From: Azolla caroliniana
Taxonomy: Eukaryota; Plantae; Polypodiophyta
Assembly: GCA_043228905.1 (NCBI GenBank)
Contig: JBHGNT010000004.1
Coordinates: 13,950,001-14,014,000, forward strand
Direction of reading: 5' to 3'
DNA: 64,000 nucleotides
Shown here: positions 39,525 to 54,062 of the stretch, piece by piece
How positions within the stretch are numbered: position 1 is the first letter of the stretch
Layout: every line of letters starts with the position of its first letter
Position numbers and translations under genes: made by a program
Notes under the pieces: generated by a model
The model's input: the letters and a program-made list of their open reading frames with translations, nothing else
What the model was told of the DNA's origin: nothing
Databases searched by the model: none

Positions 39525-41030
39525 CTAAATCCTAGTCACTCATCATTAAAATGCATAATGAGAACGCATTGTGCTTTATGCCATTCGCGAGCTCACACAA
39601 TCGACCGATGTGAGTACAACCTTCTTAATCGACCAGTGGCTCCGGTTCGACAAATTGAGCCTCAAAAAGAATGGAGGCCGGACTAAGACCGATTCCAGCC
39701 AAATGAAGAATTCCGAAGGGACAACTGATACCGACACGAGGATCGACGTAGATATCTAGATAAATACCAAACGGAGGACTATCAAAGGGGACGGTATGAG
39801 AGGGATTATTCCCCTTATTATGATCAGGAAAGGTGATAGGAACCAAGATACGTGGAATGGCACAGATAGGAGGATCAACAAAGGGGTTTTGACCCAAGGA
39901 GCAGGAACGACAATTGGTAGAGCAAACGCCGATACCCGTCGCAGGACTACAAAAGAGCAGTTGAGGATAGAAGGAAACCACCAAATTCCAGACTATTCCA
40001 ACACAACCTCAGGAAGCAAGAAGAACCGATACAACCAGAATCCGAGTTGTAGATAAGGGAGAAACGAGTGAGCCTTGGAAACTCTATTGCTATTTTTGTC
40101 GGCAAGAAGGGCATTATGTAAACCAATGCCCATTAAGGGGAAAAGGAAAGGCGTCGGTAGTCAACATGTTAACTGCAGAAGCGGCTAGTGTACAACAAGT
40201 CACGACCCGGTCAAAGGGGAAAACAATGGAATGGGAGGTGCAAGTAGTATGAAAAACAATGCAACAATGGGTGGAGGAAGCAAATCAGAAAAACATAGAA
40301 AGAATGCTCTAGGAATTGACAGAGTCAGATAAAGAGAAGACGTAGTCGGCAGAAGACCCGACATGGCGGGCATTAATGGATTGTTAGATTACGATGTCAT
40401 TGGCCAGACTTTTGCAATTAGTACCCCAGTTCATGGACACAATAACAACAATACTTAGGAAAGAACAACTGCCGAAGGCCTCGATATAGTTTGTGAATCC
40501 AAGCGAGGGACCACCAGTAATGGATCATCATAGTAATCATTAAGGGAATGGAAGTGCCCAAAGAAATAATAGATGGTGGATCGCAGTTAAATGTCATAAG
40601 TAAACGAACATGAAACACCATCAGTTTCCAAGAATAGGAGCCATGCCCATTCTGGCTCCGGATGGCTGACACAATCTCGGTTCGACCACTAGGACTGATT
40701 CGACAATTAGAGATAACACTGGGAGGATATGCATTTACAATTTCCATAGTAGTCTTACAATTGGACACACCAGGAGCGTATCCCCTTTTGTTGGGAAGAC
40801 CCTCACTGAAAACAACCCATATAAAGCAGCGCTGGCAAAAGAACAAATTATTAGCTTTCAAAGGGGGAAAACAAAAGTCTGAGTAATAACACAAGAGCGT
40901 GCAACCATGACAAAGCAACAGACGCCATTATACACGGAAGGATTCCATATGTTGGATGGACTGGTGGATGAGGAAGTAGATCAATACCTAGAGGATAAAC
41001 TAGGGATAGTTCCACTGTTTGAGGTGTGTT
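39525..41030 (+). pseudogene. gag (Zn knuckle) and aspartic protease remnant of another gypsy family
   Basis: CYFCRQEGHYVNQCP at ~40088-40132, IIDGGSQLNVI at ~40566, YPLLLGRP. Confidence 0.75.
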
Positions 41031-41384
41031 AGCCAGTTGGCTACCCAGAGTCGAATGGTCGGAGTCGGAGTCGAAGTTGAAAAGTATGAACAATAGTCGA
41101 AATATGAAAGTACAGAATTCAAATATAATGTAATTTTGCCAAGTATAAAAATTAGACTAATATTAGGAAATAGAGTGGTTTTAGTATAACTGTAGGTTCT
41201 TGCCGAATAAGCCAAGTGTAAATTTTGGAGAGAGACTCTCGGGTCACCTATAAAAATGACTGAGAGCATTGTATTGGTATCGGTCTATTTTGATTAATAT
41301 AAGTTTTGGTAGTTAGAGTATCTGCTATGCTGACTACTCTATGTATTTGTCTATCTGTCATTCTATCGCATGTTCGAATTTAGT

Positions 41385-41793
41385 TATCACGATACAATGA
41401 CATAAAATATATAGTTGGTGAGGATTGAACTTACAACGTCACATCAAGAATACATCATGCCCAACCATCTTCATATGAGCATTGTATAAGATATATTTGA
41501 TCTACATATTGTTATATAAGATGTACATGATCTAGGTATACTCTCTAGACATCTAGAAAGTTCCAATGTTCTAGAAGGTTCTAGAATATTCTCCAAAATA
41601 TTATAATGCATGTACTTCAACTTAGAGTATAAATACTTGTAACCTTCTTAGTCCCTTTGAAGGGATTCAACGCCAGTCATTGACACATCAATCTAGTATT
41701 CTCGTTTTGCCTAATCTTTGTCTCTTTGATGTTGATTTCTATCTTCATGCCCTCATGTTGCTCACAACATCTACACTTCCTAGCCTCGTCACA
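41385..41793 (+). mobile_element. Solo LTR of chromovirus-like layout with a heat-shock element
   Basis: t(a)tcacg..cgtcaca termini, layout like the LTR at 10635, five-unit HSE 41568-41592, TATAAATA at 41628. Confidence 0.55.
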
Positions 41794-41806
41794 TCTAACT
41801 CCAAGT

Positions 41807-44342
41807 TGTGAAAAAATAGCGTGCGGAAGCCATGGAAAACCGAAAACAGAAACACAAGTTTAATGGAGAGCTTAGAATATACACAGTACGTGGGAGAGAC
41901 AGAGAGAGAGAGAGCACACAGAAACTCAATTCAAAATATTACTCAATCTGTACATCGTATGTGTTCAATCAACACTTTTATACAAGTCCATACAGACTGA
42001 CAGAAGTACGGTGTACTTCAATGCTCACATGAGCATTTGACACTAACTACGAGATATTAACTCCCTAGTAGACTAGCTGCTACTTGGCTTCCGGTTACTG
42101 CTTGATCCAGCTAACCGCCTCCCTAGCTCACCGGCTCCCCAGCTCACCGGCTCACTTGCTCACCAGCTCACTGGCTCACCGGCTCATCGATCCAGCTCAT
42201 CCTTCCGGATGCCGATCCGGCTTAGGCTTATTCAGCCGATCCGGATCCAGTTGAGCTTGCCGCTCAACACTCCCCCTCAAGCTCAACTTGAGGACGGATC
42301 CTAGTGTCAGTATCCATGGCAGCTGGTCCTTCCACCCGGCTCCTTTTGGCGTCACTCCGCCTTGCTCGCGCTCCTCGTCCGGTCCGGTCCCATTTGCCGC
42401 AACCCTTCTGTTTCTGCGCATCTCGACCTCCTCGGTCGGCTTGTCTGATCAACAAGCCCAAATTAGCTCCCTCGCTGCTGTGACTTCGACGCTTATTAAC
42501 CCGTTGATTCCTTCATGTTGGCGTCGACTTTTGCTGCCATCTCGTCCTCTTGGCCTTGAATTGATCTGATTCTTCCGAATCCGTCAGTTGAACCAAATCG
42601 GCTGTCTCTGATTCGTTCCAGCTCTTGTCCAAATTGGTTGCTCCCGATTCGTCTTCCAGGTCCAGGCCCTCCACCACATCGGACCATGTTCGGGTCTTGG
42701 ACTTCTTCTTCCGGTCGGCTTTGTCCTTCTTGACTCTGTTGAGTGTTCCGACTTGTTTGGATGTGTCAACTTCCTTTGTCGACTCGGCTCTTTCTTCTTC
42801 TTGTCTCCTCCTTTTGTCGGTTCTTCCCTCACCGGTGCAATCGGCAGTTTCTTTGCCTTTGCCCGTTCCGGTGACTTTGCTCGTTCTCCCCCTCAAGTGT
42901 GGCACATCGAGATGCTGAACACCAAGCATTTCGGTGAAGTGTTGTAACTTGTCCGATCTGAGCGGTTTGGTGAAGATGTCGGCAACTTGCCGATCCGTAT
43001 GAACATAACAAAGTTCGACTTCACCGCTCAAGACACGCTCACACATGAAGTGGTAGTGCACTTCTATGTGCTTTGTGCGAGCATGGAATACGGGGTTCTT
43101 GGTGAGCTACATGCTGCTTATGTTATCGTAGTAGATTAGGATCGGGGTCGGCACCTCGATCCGCAGGTCTTGCAGCAGTCGCCGAAGCCAAATGGCTTCA
43201 CAGGTGGCAACGGTAGCGCCCCGGTATTCAGCCTCAGTGCTCGAGAGTGCCACTTTTGGCTGCTTTTGGCTGCTCCACGCAACAACCGCGCTACCAAGGG
43301 AAAACATATAGCCAGAGGTGGATCGGAGATCCGATGCATCATCGGCCCAGTCGGCATCGGTGTAGCCAACTAGCTCTTCGGTTATATCATGCCGGTATAA
43401 CAGTCCCCGGTCCTTCGTGCCGCTCACATATTGCAAAATTCGATGCGCACATAGAGGGTGCTCCACGGTCGGCTTTTGCATATGTTGGCTGATCACGCCG
43501 ACCGGATAGCTGATGTCGGGTTGGGTGATTGTCAAATATATGAGGCTTCCGACGATTTGTCGGAACCGCTTCTCATCGCAGGCCGGTCCGGAGTCGGGAC
43601 GAAGCTTCTGGTTCCGGTCCAGGGGTGGGGAGATTGGTCGACATTCCGTCATGCCGAACTTGTACAACATATTCAACACATAGTGTCTTTGTGAGAGCAA
43701 TATGCTGTCGGGGGTTTGGGTCACCTGGATCCCGAGGAAATAGTGAAGGTCCCCCAGCTCCTTCATCTCAAATGTGTTCGACAGCTAGGACTTGACTCGA
43801 CTGATTTCATCGAGTCCGGGTCCAGTGATGACTAGATCATCGACATACAACAAGATGCAAACTGGACCGTCCGGACCTTGCCGGATGAACAACGAAGTGT
43901 CAGACTTGGAGGCCGCAAACCCCATCTTACGCAACCGGTGCGTGATCTTCGCATTCCAAACTCGGGGGGCTTGCTTTAGGCCATAAAGTGACTTCTTCAG
44001 CCGACATACCACTGACTTGTTCATCCCCGACTGGAAATCGGGGGTTGGGTCATAAAGACCTCTTCTTCAAGATCGCCTTGAAGAAATGCATTCTTCATGT
44101 CCATCTGGTGAAGATGCCACCCCCTTGCCACAACAACTTCCAGCACCACACGAACACCAAGCATTTCGGTGAAGTGTTGCAACTTGTCCGATCTGAGCGG
44201 TTTGGTGAAGATGTCGGCAACTTGTCGATCCGTATGAACATACCGAAGTTCGACTTCACTGCTCAAGACATGCTCACACACGAAGTGGTAGTGCACTTCT
44301 ATGTGCTTTGTGTGAGCATGGAATACGGGGTTCTTGGCGAGC
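41807..44342 (-). mobile_element. Truncated, rearranged Ty1/copia (copia-2): 3' LTR 41807-42269, PPT, RT-RH
   Basis: LTR related to copia-1; LYVDDL, YTDADWA, HIEVHYHF motifs; 44151-44342 duplicates 42917-43106 and resumes at 50151-50240. Confidence 0.9.
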
Positions 44343-44417
44343 CTGGGGGCTTCACTGTCAAAACTTGTATGATAGCACGTGAGTTCATCAAAAGGGGTTT
44401 TAATAAATCAGTGAGAT

Positions 44418-44452
<35 letters not shown>

Positions 44453-47400
44453 GTATTAATAAAGATTTGAATATATATTTACATAAGGGTATTATCAATT
44501 ATGCTGGAATTTTCTTTTACATAAGCCCATTCAATATTAGATATTTTAATGAGATAGTAAAGAATATATTATGCAAACAATACTCAATTTTGAAGTCGCA
44601 TATATACATACATACATACATATATATGCATGTATCCATATATACCTACATTCAAATATTATGTCCATGAATATGTATATACATACATTACACTAATTTA
44701 TACATGCATGCTGACTAAACATAAATATATGTACCCTTACATACTACATACATATTAGAATCGGCCTTATATATTGACATACATATATACATACACATCC
44801 TTACAAACATATTTTATATATTACATATTACACACGTATATTATTATACACACAATTATATACAAATGCAAATATACAAACCAAACACACAAAAATAAAT
44901 TACATATTATATATATACACACATTCCATACATACAATACAATACAATATGTACATAGATACACACACAAACATAACAAATGCATATCATATACATGCAT
45001 ATATACCTACATTCATATATCACACATGCATATATACCTATATCCATGAATATGTATATGGCTAAACATAAATATATGTACAAATATATATTACCATATG
45101 TAAATATGTACATACACATACATACATGCATTACATATTGCATACAGATTAGAACCAACCATATATATTGACATACATATATACATAATACATACAATAA
45201 AATTACATATTACATATATACATACACAAATGCATATATACATACAAAACACACAAAAATAAATTATCTATTATATTATATATATATATACATATACACA
45301 TGCATATTAATACCTAAGATTACATACTATATATATACAAATCTTCATACTTACAAACAAGTTACATATATATACGCGTGCACACACACATAAATAAATT
45401 AGATATTACATAGTATATCATCTATACCTATTACACAATATACAAATTTACACATACATATATACATATATAGATATATTACATATGTACATACATATTC
45501 CACATATAACCATATATATGTATAGATTATATTGAACCATACAAACCACAATACTTACATACACACACACACACACACACACACTAGATATGTATATGTA
45601 TACTTACATAAATAAATTAGATATTACATAGCATATAATCCATACCTATTACACAATATACAAATTTACACATACATACATTACATATATACATATATAT
45701 GTAGATACATACATAGATATATTACATATGTACATACATATTCTACATATCACCATATATATAGATTATATTGAACCATACAAACCACAATACTTACATA
45801 TATACACACGCACACACACACACATTAGATACATATATGTATACTTACACATACATTGGATATATACATGTATATTACGTACATATTACAAACATACATC
45901 CATATACAAGCCATATACATATGTACTAAACATGAAAATATCCCAAAAATATACATACATAAATACGTTACATATATACACGTACATACATTCATACATT
46001 TATATACATATGACCATACACACACACACACACACACATACATTGGATATATACATACATATTATGCACATAGTACAAACACATTCATACTCATTGAATC
46101 ATGTATATTGACATATACATATATGCATACATATACATACATACATATTCCACATGTCACCATATATATACGTACATATGCCTACAATGTTATAAGTTTT
46201 ACAAACATACATCCATACACATATATACATACATTACATACATGCATACACATACATACATTACATACATACATACATATCATCACAAACTACAATACAT
46301 ACATATATACATACACATACATAAATATTATGAACAAACATCCACACACTCATGTATGCATATATGCATACACTGTTACGCATACAAACATACATACATT
46401 ACATATTACATATATACACATATGTACATTCATACATGTACATACATACATTGCATATGCATATATTACCATCACACATTCATATACATTGAATCATGTA
46501 CATTGTCATATATATGCATACACATACATACATTACATATGCATACACATATGTACATACCTATATTCATTTATATATTGCTACATATACATACATTAGA
46601 ATCATGTACATTGTCATATGGATATATGCATACACATACATACATACATACATGTATATATACATACATACATTACATATGGATATATGCATACACATAT
46701 GCACATACTACAATCACATCTCCATACACATTGAATCATGTACATTTGCATATGCATATATGCATACACATACATACATGACGTATGCATATATGCATAC
46801 ACATATGTACATGGACATACATATATAGTCTTTTATACATTGCTACATGTACATACACATACCTACATATTACAAACAAATATCCACACACACATACAAA
46901 TATACATACATTACATATTACATATGTACATTCATATATTCATTCATTCATGCAAGCATACATATTTTATGCATACATTACATATATATATTCATTCATT
47001 CATACATGCATACATTATGTGCACATACATACATAACATTCAAATATTCATCTTTTTTTAATTTAGATTTTTGCCGCCTCCTCCTTTGCTCCCTCCTCTT
47101 CTCTCCTCATTGCCGTCGTCACCTCTTCTCCCCTTGTTGTTTCTGTCCTCGTTTGGCTGCCTTTGATCTCGTTTTGCTGCCTTTGATCTCGTTTTGCTGC
47201 CTCCTCCTTTGCTCCCTCCTCTTCTCTCCTCATTGCCGTCGTTGCCTCTTCTCCCCTTGTTGTTTTTGTCCTTGTTTTGTTGCCTTTGATCTTGTTTTGC
47301 CGCTACCGCCTCTGTTCTCTGCCGCCGCCGCCGCTCGCCTTGTCGTGCCGCTTTTGCTCACCATTATTCTCTGTCAGGGCTGCCACAACTACTCTACAAA

Positions 47401-50150
47401 TATTTTACAGGTACACATAAGTACAAACATCATACATACATAATGCACACATACATAAACCAACACATAAATTCTTAGAGACACACACACACATGTGTAC
47501 ATACATAAACACACACACACACATAACATATACAATCATACACACAAGCCATACATACATTACAATACAATATGTACATATATACAGACATACCTATATA
47601 CACATATATACACTTACACACATACACATTTACACATACATACACACACACACACATAACATATACAATCATACATACATACAATAAATGAAATTAATAC
47701 ATTACAATACAATATGTACATACAGACACACATACCTATATACACATATATACACTTACATACATACACATTTACACATATAGCACATACATACAATACA
47801 ATATGTACACACATATATACATACACATGGAATACAATACATACAATACATACACTCACACACATGTGTAGAATATACAATATACATATGGACACATATA
47901 TATGTAGTATGGAACATACACACACACACACAAACATAACACACAACATACATGCTATACATACAATAAATGCAATTAAATAAAATACAATACAATATGT
48001 ACATAATACACACATACCTATATACACATGCAATGCAATCCATACAATACCTATATACACATATAATGCATACATACATACACATATACACACATAACAC
48101 GATATGTACATACATACACACAAACACAAAATGCAATTAAATAAAATAAAATACAATATGTGCATACATACACACATACCTATATACACATATAACACAT
48201 ACATACATACATGATACACATATACACACATAACACAATATGTACACACACAAACATAACACACATGCATACATGCATACATACACACACACAAACATAA
48301 CACACAACACACATGCATACCACATACAAACATATATGATGTATGGAACATACATACACACACGCAAACATAACATACAACACACACACAAACATAACAC
48401 ACAACACACATGCATACCACATACAAACATATATGATGTATGGAACATACATACACACACACACACAAACATAACATACAACACACATGCATACCACATA
48501 CAAACATACCATGTAACTTAACATTTATGCCTTTTATTTTAACAGGAAAAGGAGAAAAGAGTAGAAACCAAATATAAACCTATGGTATTCCAAATATATT
48601 TTCTGATTTCTTTAAGATATTATTTACTTCTATGTATATTAAGTTTTCTTGCGTTTGTTGTTACATGTTATAATCATAGTTCTAGCCATACGTCTCAAAC
48701 ATGTCATACTCATACGTGAAATGGCTCCAAGTATGATTGGAATCCTTTCGTCTATATTTATATTTATTTTTATTTTTATTACTCTAAATTTAAAAAAATA
48801 AAATGAAAAACGAGACAAATCGGTAAGGCGGCAGGTTGTAGGCGGCCCGCGGGTGAGCGGGAATCAGGATTCGGGATTCGGGAATCAGAAATTAGAAATT
48901 AGAAATCAGCTCCCTGTTTGTTTCGTCCTTCACAGAAATCTGATTTTCACTCAGAGCTCTTGATTCTCTACAGTCGACTCTCAGTTACAACTTACAACTC
49001 ATGAACACTCAGAGCTCTCAATTCTCAACGCACTCGATTCTCAGTTCAGATTCACGATCACTCAAAGCTCTCGACTCTCAAACTCTCAGAAACTCAGACT
49101 CGTCACTCCTCACGAATCACAACGTGACGACGCGTAAAAAAAAAACCCCCAAAATTTTAAAAAAAAAACCAAACGAATATCGCGTATCATACACGTACGT
49201 TTGCAAACGTTCGCGTACGTCCAATAAATTGGATGTACGCGAATATTAGGAACTATGGTTATAATACAGGTCCAACGTTGAAGATGGAAACAACATGAAA
49301 TTTATATCCTAAAATGAACTTCTTAGGGTTTTCTTTTTATATAGTTGGACTTTATAAGGGCAACCTTTATTGTAATAAGTTTTTTAAGTAGACATTGCTA
49401 TAACAAAATGATATATTTTATTTCATTTTGATTTGGGTAAGAATGTGTGAATAGATGATGTCTTACATTTCAAATGGAAATATGAAGTAGGTTGCCATTT
49501 GTTTGATCAATGTGTTTGAGAAAAAATAATGTTATGGCTTCATATCAGTCTATCCATGAAACCAAACATAATGTTAATTTGTTAGTAATTTCATTATTGA
49601 TATGCATTTTAGATTGTTCCATGTGTGCTTTTTGAGATATATATGTCAAGTTGAAGATTGTTTTATTGTAAATTACATTGTTTTTTATCACTCTATATTC
49701 TTCATACGTCTCAATAAACTAAAAACAAAAACTTATATGTGGCTTATATATGTTATACCTCTAGTGTTTTTGGGTAATGTTTCCTAATTGTGTGTGCATT
49801 ACTTTATACTTTACACATTGTGTTTTCAATCTTTCTGGCACTTGATGAAGCATTTCTAGGAATTTGCATATGATGTCTAATGTTGATTCATAATTTTGCG
49901 AGTCATCAATTGTAAAGACGGTCATTGATCCTTTCTAGGAATAGAAACTATGTGTGCATGTATATTTTATATGTAAGGGTATTTAAAATGGGTGGTTATC
50001 AAAAAATATATTCGTAATAAGGGGTATATTTATTAATCGTTTTTCTACACAAGGGTCACTAAAATAGTAAAAAATATACGTATAAGGGGTTTATAAATGA
50101 TGTCATGAACGCACGTGATACAACCTTCTTATATATAGTGGAGCCCCGGG
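44343..50150. mobile_element. Non-autonomous TIR DNA transposon (MULE- or hAT-type), 5.8 kb
   Basis: Direct repeat ttggcgag(c) at 44334-44342 and 50151-50159 (8-9-bp TSD) splitting copia RNase H sequence; imperfect TIRs ctgggggcttcact..cacgtgagttcat / atgaacgcacgtg..agtggagccccggg; no transposase ORF. Confidence 0.8.
44600..48515. repeat. ~3.9-kb (CA/TACA/TA)n low-complexity tract with internal duplications
   Basis: Seen directly; interrupted by a CT-rich duplicated segment at 47070-47390. Confidence 0.95.
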
Positions 50151-50244
50151 TTGGCGAGCTACATGCTGCTTATGTTGTCGCAGTAGATCAGGATCGAGGT
50201 CGGCACCTCGATCTGCAGGTCTTGCAGCAGTTGCCGAAGCCTGT

Positions 50245-50855
50245 TGTTGTTCCAGTTCTCGTTAAGGGATGCATGGTCGCTCACGTTTATCCAGTTTAGT
50301 TCTCGGTGAGGGCCACATGGTCGCTCACGTCCGTTCGTGTTCCAGTTCTCGGTGAGGGCTGCATGGTCACGCACGCCCATTTGTGTTTAGTTCTCGGTGA
50401 GGGGCGCATGGTCGCTCACGTTCATTCGTGTTAAGTTCGCGTTATGGGATGCATGGTCGCTCATGTTTGTCCAGTTTAGTTCTCGGTGAGGGCCACATGG
50501 TCGCTCACATCCGATCGTGTTCCAGTTCTCGGTGAGGGCTGCATGGTCACGCACGCCCATTCGTGTTTAGTTCTCGGTGAGGGGCGCATGGTCGCTCACG
50601 TTCGTTCGTGTTAAGTTCTCGGTGAGGGGCTCATGGTCGCTCACATCCGTTCGTGTTCCAGTTCTCGGTGAGGGCCGCATGGCGTTCGTGTTTTCGATGA
50701 GGACCGCACATGGTCGCTCGCGTTCCAGTTCCCGATGGGGGCTACACATACACATGGTCACTCACGTCTGTTTCTGTTCTGGTTCTCGGTGAGGGCCGTC
50801 TGGTCGCTCACGTCCATTTGTGTTCCAGTTCTCAGTGAGGGTGACATGGTCGCTC
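50245..50855. repeat. ~43-48-bp tandem repeat with a higher-order ~180-bp period
   Basis: gttctcggtgagggc.gcatggtcgctcacgt units, about 13 copies. Confidence 0.9.
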
Positions 50856-50856
50856 T

Positions 50857-51152
50857 TGTTGGGTGGGGGGTGAAACCTAAAATGGCTTCATCCCCCTCCC
50901 AAGGGGGTTATGTTAGAGAGGGAGCAAGAGAGAAAGACAAATAGGAAATGGCACCAAATGAGAGGGGAAAAAACTATATTCATTACATGCACCATAAGGG
51001 GTTTATATAATACACAATGTAACGGTAAATAATATGTCCGTTACAAAAAGAGACTGTTACATTCTTGTCACATGCATATAATTGTGCATGTGCTCACACA
51101 TACTCATCCTCACACTCATATACATTACACATACCGAACAACCCCTTCAACG
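50857..51152 (-). mobile_element. Possible small solo LTR
   Basis: tgttgg start, ..ccccttcaac end, minus-strand TATA ~51003; no TSD found. Confidence 0.35.
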
Positions 51153-52306
51153 TGTTTTACCCTTATATCGCCCCGTACAATTCCTACGGGTAACACATGG
51201 CACGCCTGTGGGACAGTGCATCGCACGGTGAACCCACTCGCCATGGCAACTATTAACGACCGGAACTCCATCGACCGGATCATAGCTCTACGATCGATAA
51301 CTTCGATTGGAGCATTGCTTGACTCGAACCTTCTCATTCGGCCAACATGTCGCTCAATTGGATCACACACCAATTGGCTCCTCCATTGTGGCATGGGCCT
51401 TTCATGATTCTATTACATGTATGTGTATTTTTCGGTTTCATCATGTGAATTGAGCTTTGTATTTTGTACCCTTGGTCTCTACAATTTTTACCCTCAAGTT
51501 TTTTTTTTTCTGAAATTTTATTTTTGGCCCTTCAGTTTTCGAAATTCTGCATTCTACCCTCCACTTTTTGAAATCTCACGTTATACCCTTGAGCTTTTGA
51601 AATTTCAACTCATGCCCTTGAACTTTTGAAATTTCGTTGCATGCCCTGGAGTGATTGAAATTTTTCCTTATACCCTCCTCTTTCTTCGTTTTCTTCTTCT
51701 TCTTCCTTTTCTCTACTTCCTCATTTCTGTCTTTGTTTCACCTTTCTCCTTCTGTGTGCTTCCTGATTTTGTCTTTGATTCTTCTCGATTGCTTCTATTT
51801 CTTCTTCCTATTCATCTTCTATCTTTGTCTTCTTCTGTATCATTATTGTCATCATCTTCGTCTGCTTCCTTCATCTCTTATTCATTGTTCTTTCCCTTGA
51901 TGATCCTGTCGAAGCCATGGCAGAGATCGGTGGAACTCTCTCTCTCTCTCTCTGCTCTACCTTGGTTTAAGTCCATCCCGGTGATTTCTATTTTTGCCAG
52001 CCACCGGCCATGCCTGTCCGTCGGCTGTCGGACGCCAGCTGTCCCTGTCTGCAAGTGGCGTTGTTCACGGGTTGCCGGACCTCTATCCGGCTGTCGGATG
52101 TCGTTTGTCGCCATCTATTGGCCATCACTTGTCCGGTTGTCGCCACTCTCTACAGGCTCTTTGTGCGTCTCTTTGTTTGCAGGGCACGGGCCGTCGCCGT
52201 TTGTCGGCTCTATCGATCGGCTATCTCGAACATCAGCCGTTGCAGCCACCATCAACCGGATGTCAAACTGGCTGGCCGGCTCTCTCCGTGGCCGTCTATC
52301 CAACTC

Positions 52307-52415
52307 TCTTCATCTTGAAATTTCAAGCCTATAGGAACTTGAGCAATGCCATGTCCATCTCTTCATCTTCCTGGTCGTGCATCAAGATCCCGCCCCATAG
52401 GTAGAATTTGTCTCC
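52307..52415 (-). pseudogene. Patellin/SEC14 (CRAL-TRIO N-terminal) gene fragment
   Basis: In-frame [34 protein letters not shown] resembles patellin LWG.PLL....DERTDV.LLKFLRARDFKV; the stops fall on the two Arg positions. Confidence 0.55.
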
Positions 52416-52423
52416 TGACTCCT

Positions 52424-52680
52424 AGTTGCCCGATCTGTCCAGGATGGTTCATTATGATCACCTGAGATGTGAAGTTCACAACTTCCCTGGTTGGGTCATT
52501 CTCAAACACAATATACCCTCTCTTATGATCCTTGGACAACGACATTCTTCACATTGAAGCCAACATTGTCACTAGATAGAGCCTCTAAGACTACTTCATA
52601 ATGCATTTCCACACACTTAACTTAGGTAGTCAGTCCTATTGCTACAAAGGTAACCACCATACCAGGTTTGATTCTACCAG
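52424..52680 (-). pseudogene. EF1A: Elongation factor 1-alpha gene fragment
   Basis: [61 protein letters not shown], with a stop and a frameshift. Confidence 0.9.
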
Positions 52681-53152
52681 TGTTACGGGCATGACCATAT
52701 AATATCCCGTGGTGAGAATTTACCGTAGTATTCTATACACGTGGATAAGTGTGAGGGTTAAACGAGAGTGTAAAGAAGGGGAGGATTACTTTTAAATCCT
52801 CGGGATTGAGACAACCCATTAGGCCAAGTGTGAACTTGCCTGGGGGCCTTGGGTATCGCTATAAATAAGAGGCCTAGCTACCCTCATTTGATTATCTTGT
52901 TGACTACGTCGAGACTTTGTCTTGTGGTGGGTCAACTCTTGTAGCGAGCGCGCCGGCACCAGGTACGACTCGACGCGACGATGGTGGTATGGGACACCGA
53001 TCAAGGCTCGAGTCCGTCTCGATCCCTTCGCTCGGGGGTGGTCGGGTGGATCGACACCCTTCTTTCTCTCTCTCCTTTCTTTCTATCTACCTAGATCTAT
53101 CCTTATCTAATGCTTACTTTAGTACATGTCTCTAATATTTGGTATCCGAGCC
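52681..53152 (+). mobile_element. 5' LTR (52681-53137) and iMet-type PBS of a truncated LTR element
   Basis: tgttac start, ctataaata ~52859, tggtatccgagcc at 53140-53152; cuts the EF-1alpha fragment. Confidence 0.65.
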
Positions 53153-54062
53153 TATGTACTAATGTTTCTTTTGTTGGTCTTATCTTCTCGATGGATGGCG
53201 ATCGATCGTTGTGCGGTTGACCTTCATGCAGACAAGGATCAACAAGGAACTTCGGTAATCTTTCTTGTTATTTTTTCTTCTCCCATCTAATCATGTGTAT
53301 GGTTAATATGTAGATTATTTTCATTAATTAAATGATGTTGTAGTGGTATTTAATTGGTTATCTAAAACGCTTACATATGTGCACGAGGTCAATACTTTGT
53401 TTGACATATAAATAATATGTGTTTGACATATAAATAACATATATGGGCAAATGCCTCGCATATCTCTTATACGCATGAAACATTAAACATTCAAGAAGAG
53501 CAACCTACTTGGTTGGCTCAAGTGTTTAATGCATTTGTTCTCGAGGTCTCGAGTTCAAATATGACCAAGACCAACTGTGTGTGTGTTTCTTCATTAACTA
53601 CATGACTCATGAAGCATGGGGAATGTGAAAGCTCATAAGTTATGTGTCAGAGAATATGATTCTATGACTCATACTAAATGCTAGAATACAAAGTGGTGAC
53701 TTAATGGTGACTCTTGACCGTTGGAGTGTCTATTCACTCTCAAGGTGAGTTCACACACTAGACCAAGTTGAGCTTGATTCTCAACACGCCCCCTCAAGCT
53801 CAAGTCGGATCAGTTTCAGACGGTATCCAAAGTCCGCTTCGACTCGCGTTCCGGAGTCCGTATTGACTCGCGTTGACTTGCTTTTATGTGGAGTTGCGAA
53901 ATCCGTGCTCCAGCTTGTGTTGTGCGTAGTTGCGAAGTCTGTGCTTCGGCTTGCGTCTTTCTTCGCGGCTTTGCGCGGTAAATTGGCTCTTCGCGGCTTC
54001 GTTGCGTGGTTGCGTAATCCACACGTTCTTGCGTAGTGTGCGCGGTTTGCGGAATCCACGCG

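Noticed and set aside
44774-48524. Many His/Tyr/Ile/Thr- or Cys/Val/Met-rich ORFs (also 18236-18654)
   Set aside because: They are translations of CA/TACA microsatellites, not genes
51651-52404. Overlapping plus-strand ORFs, one looking membrane-like
   Set aside because: They come from CT-rich and GC-rich low-complexity sequence; the only recognisable homology is on the minus strand
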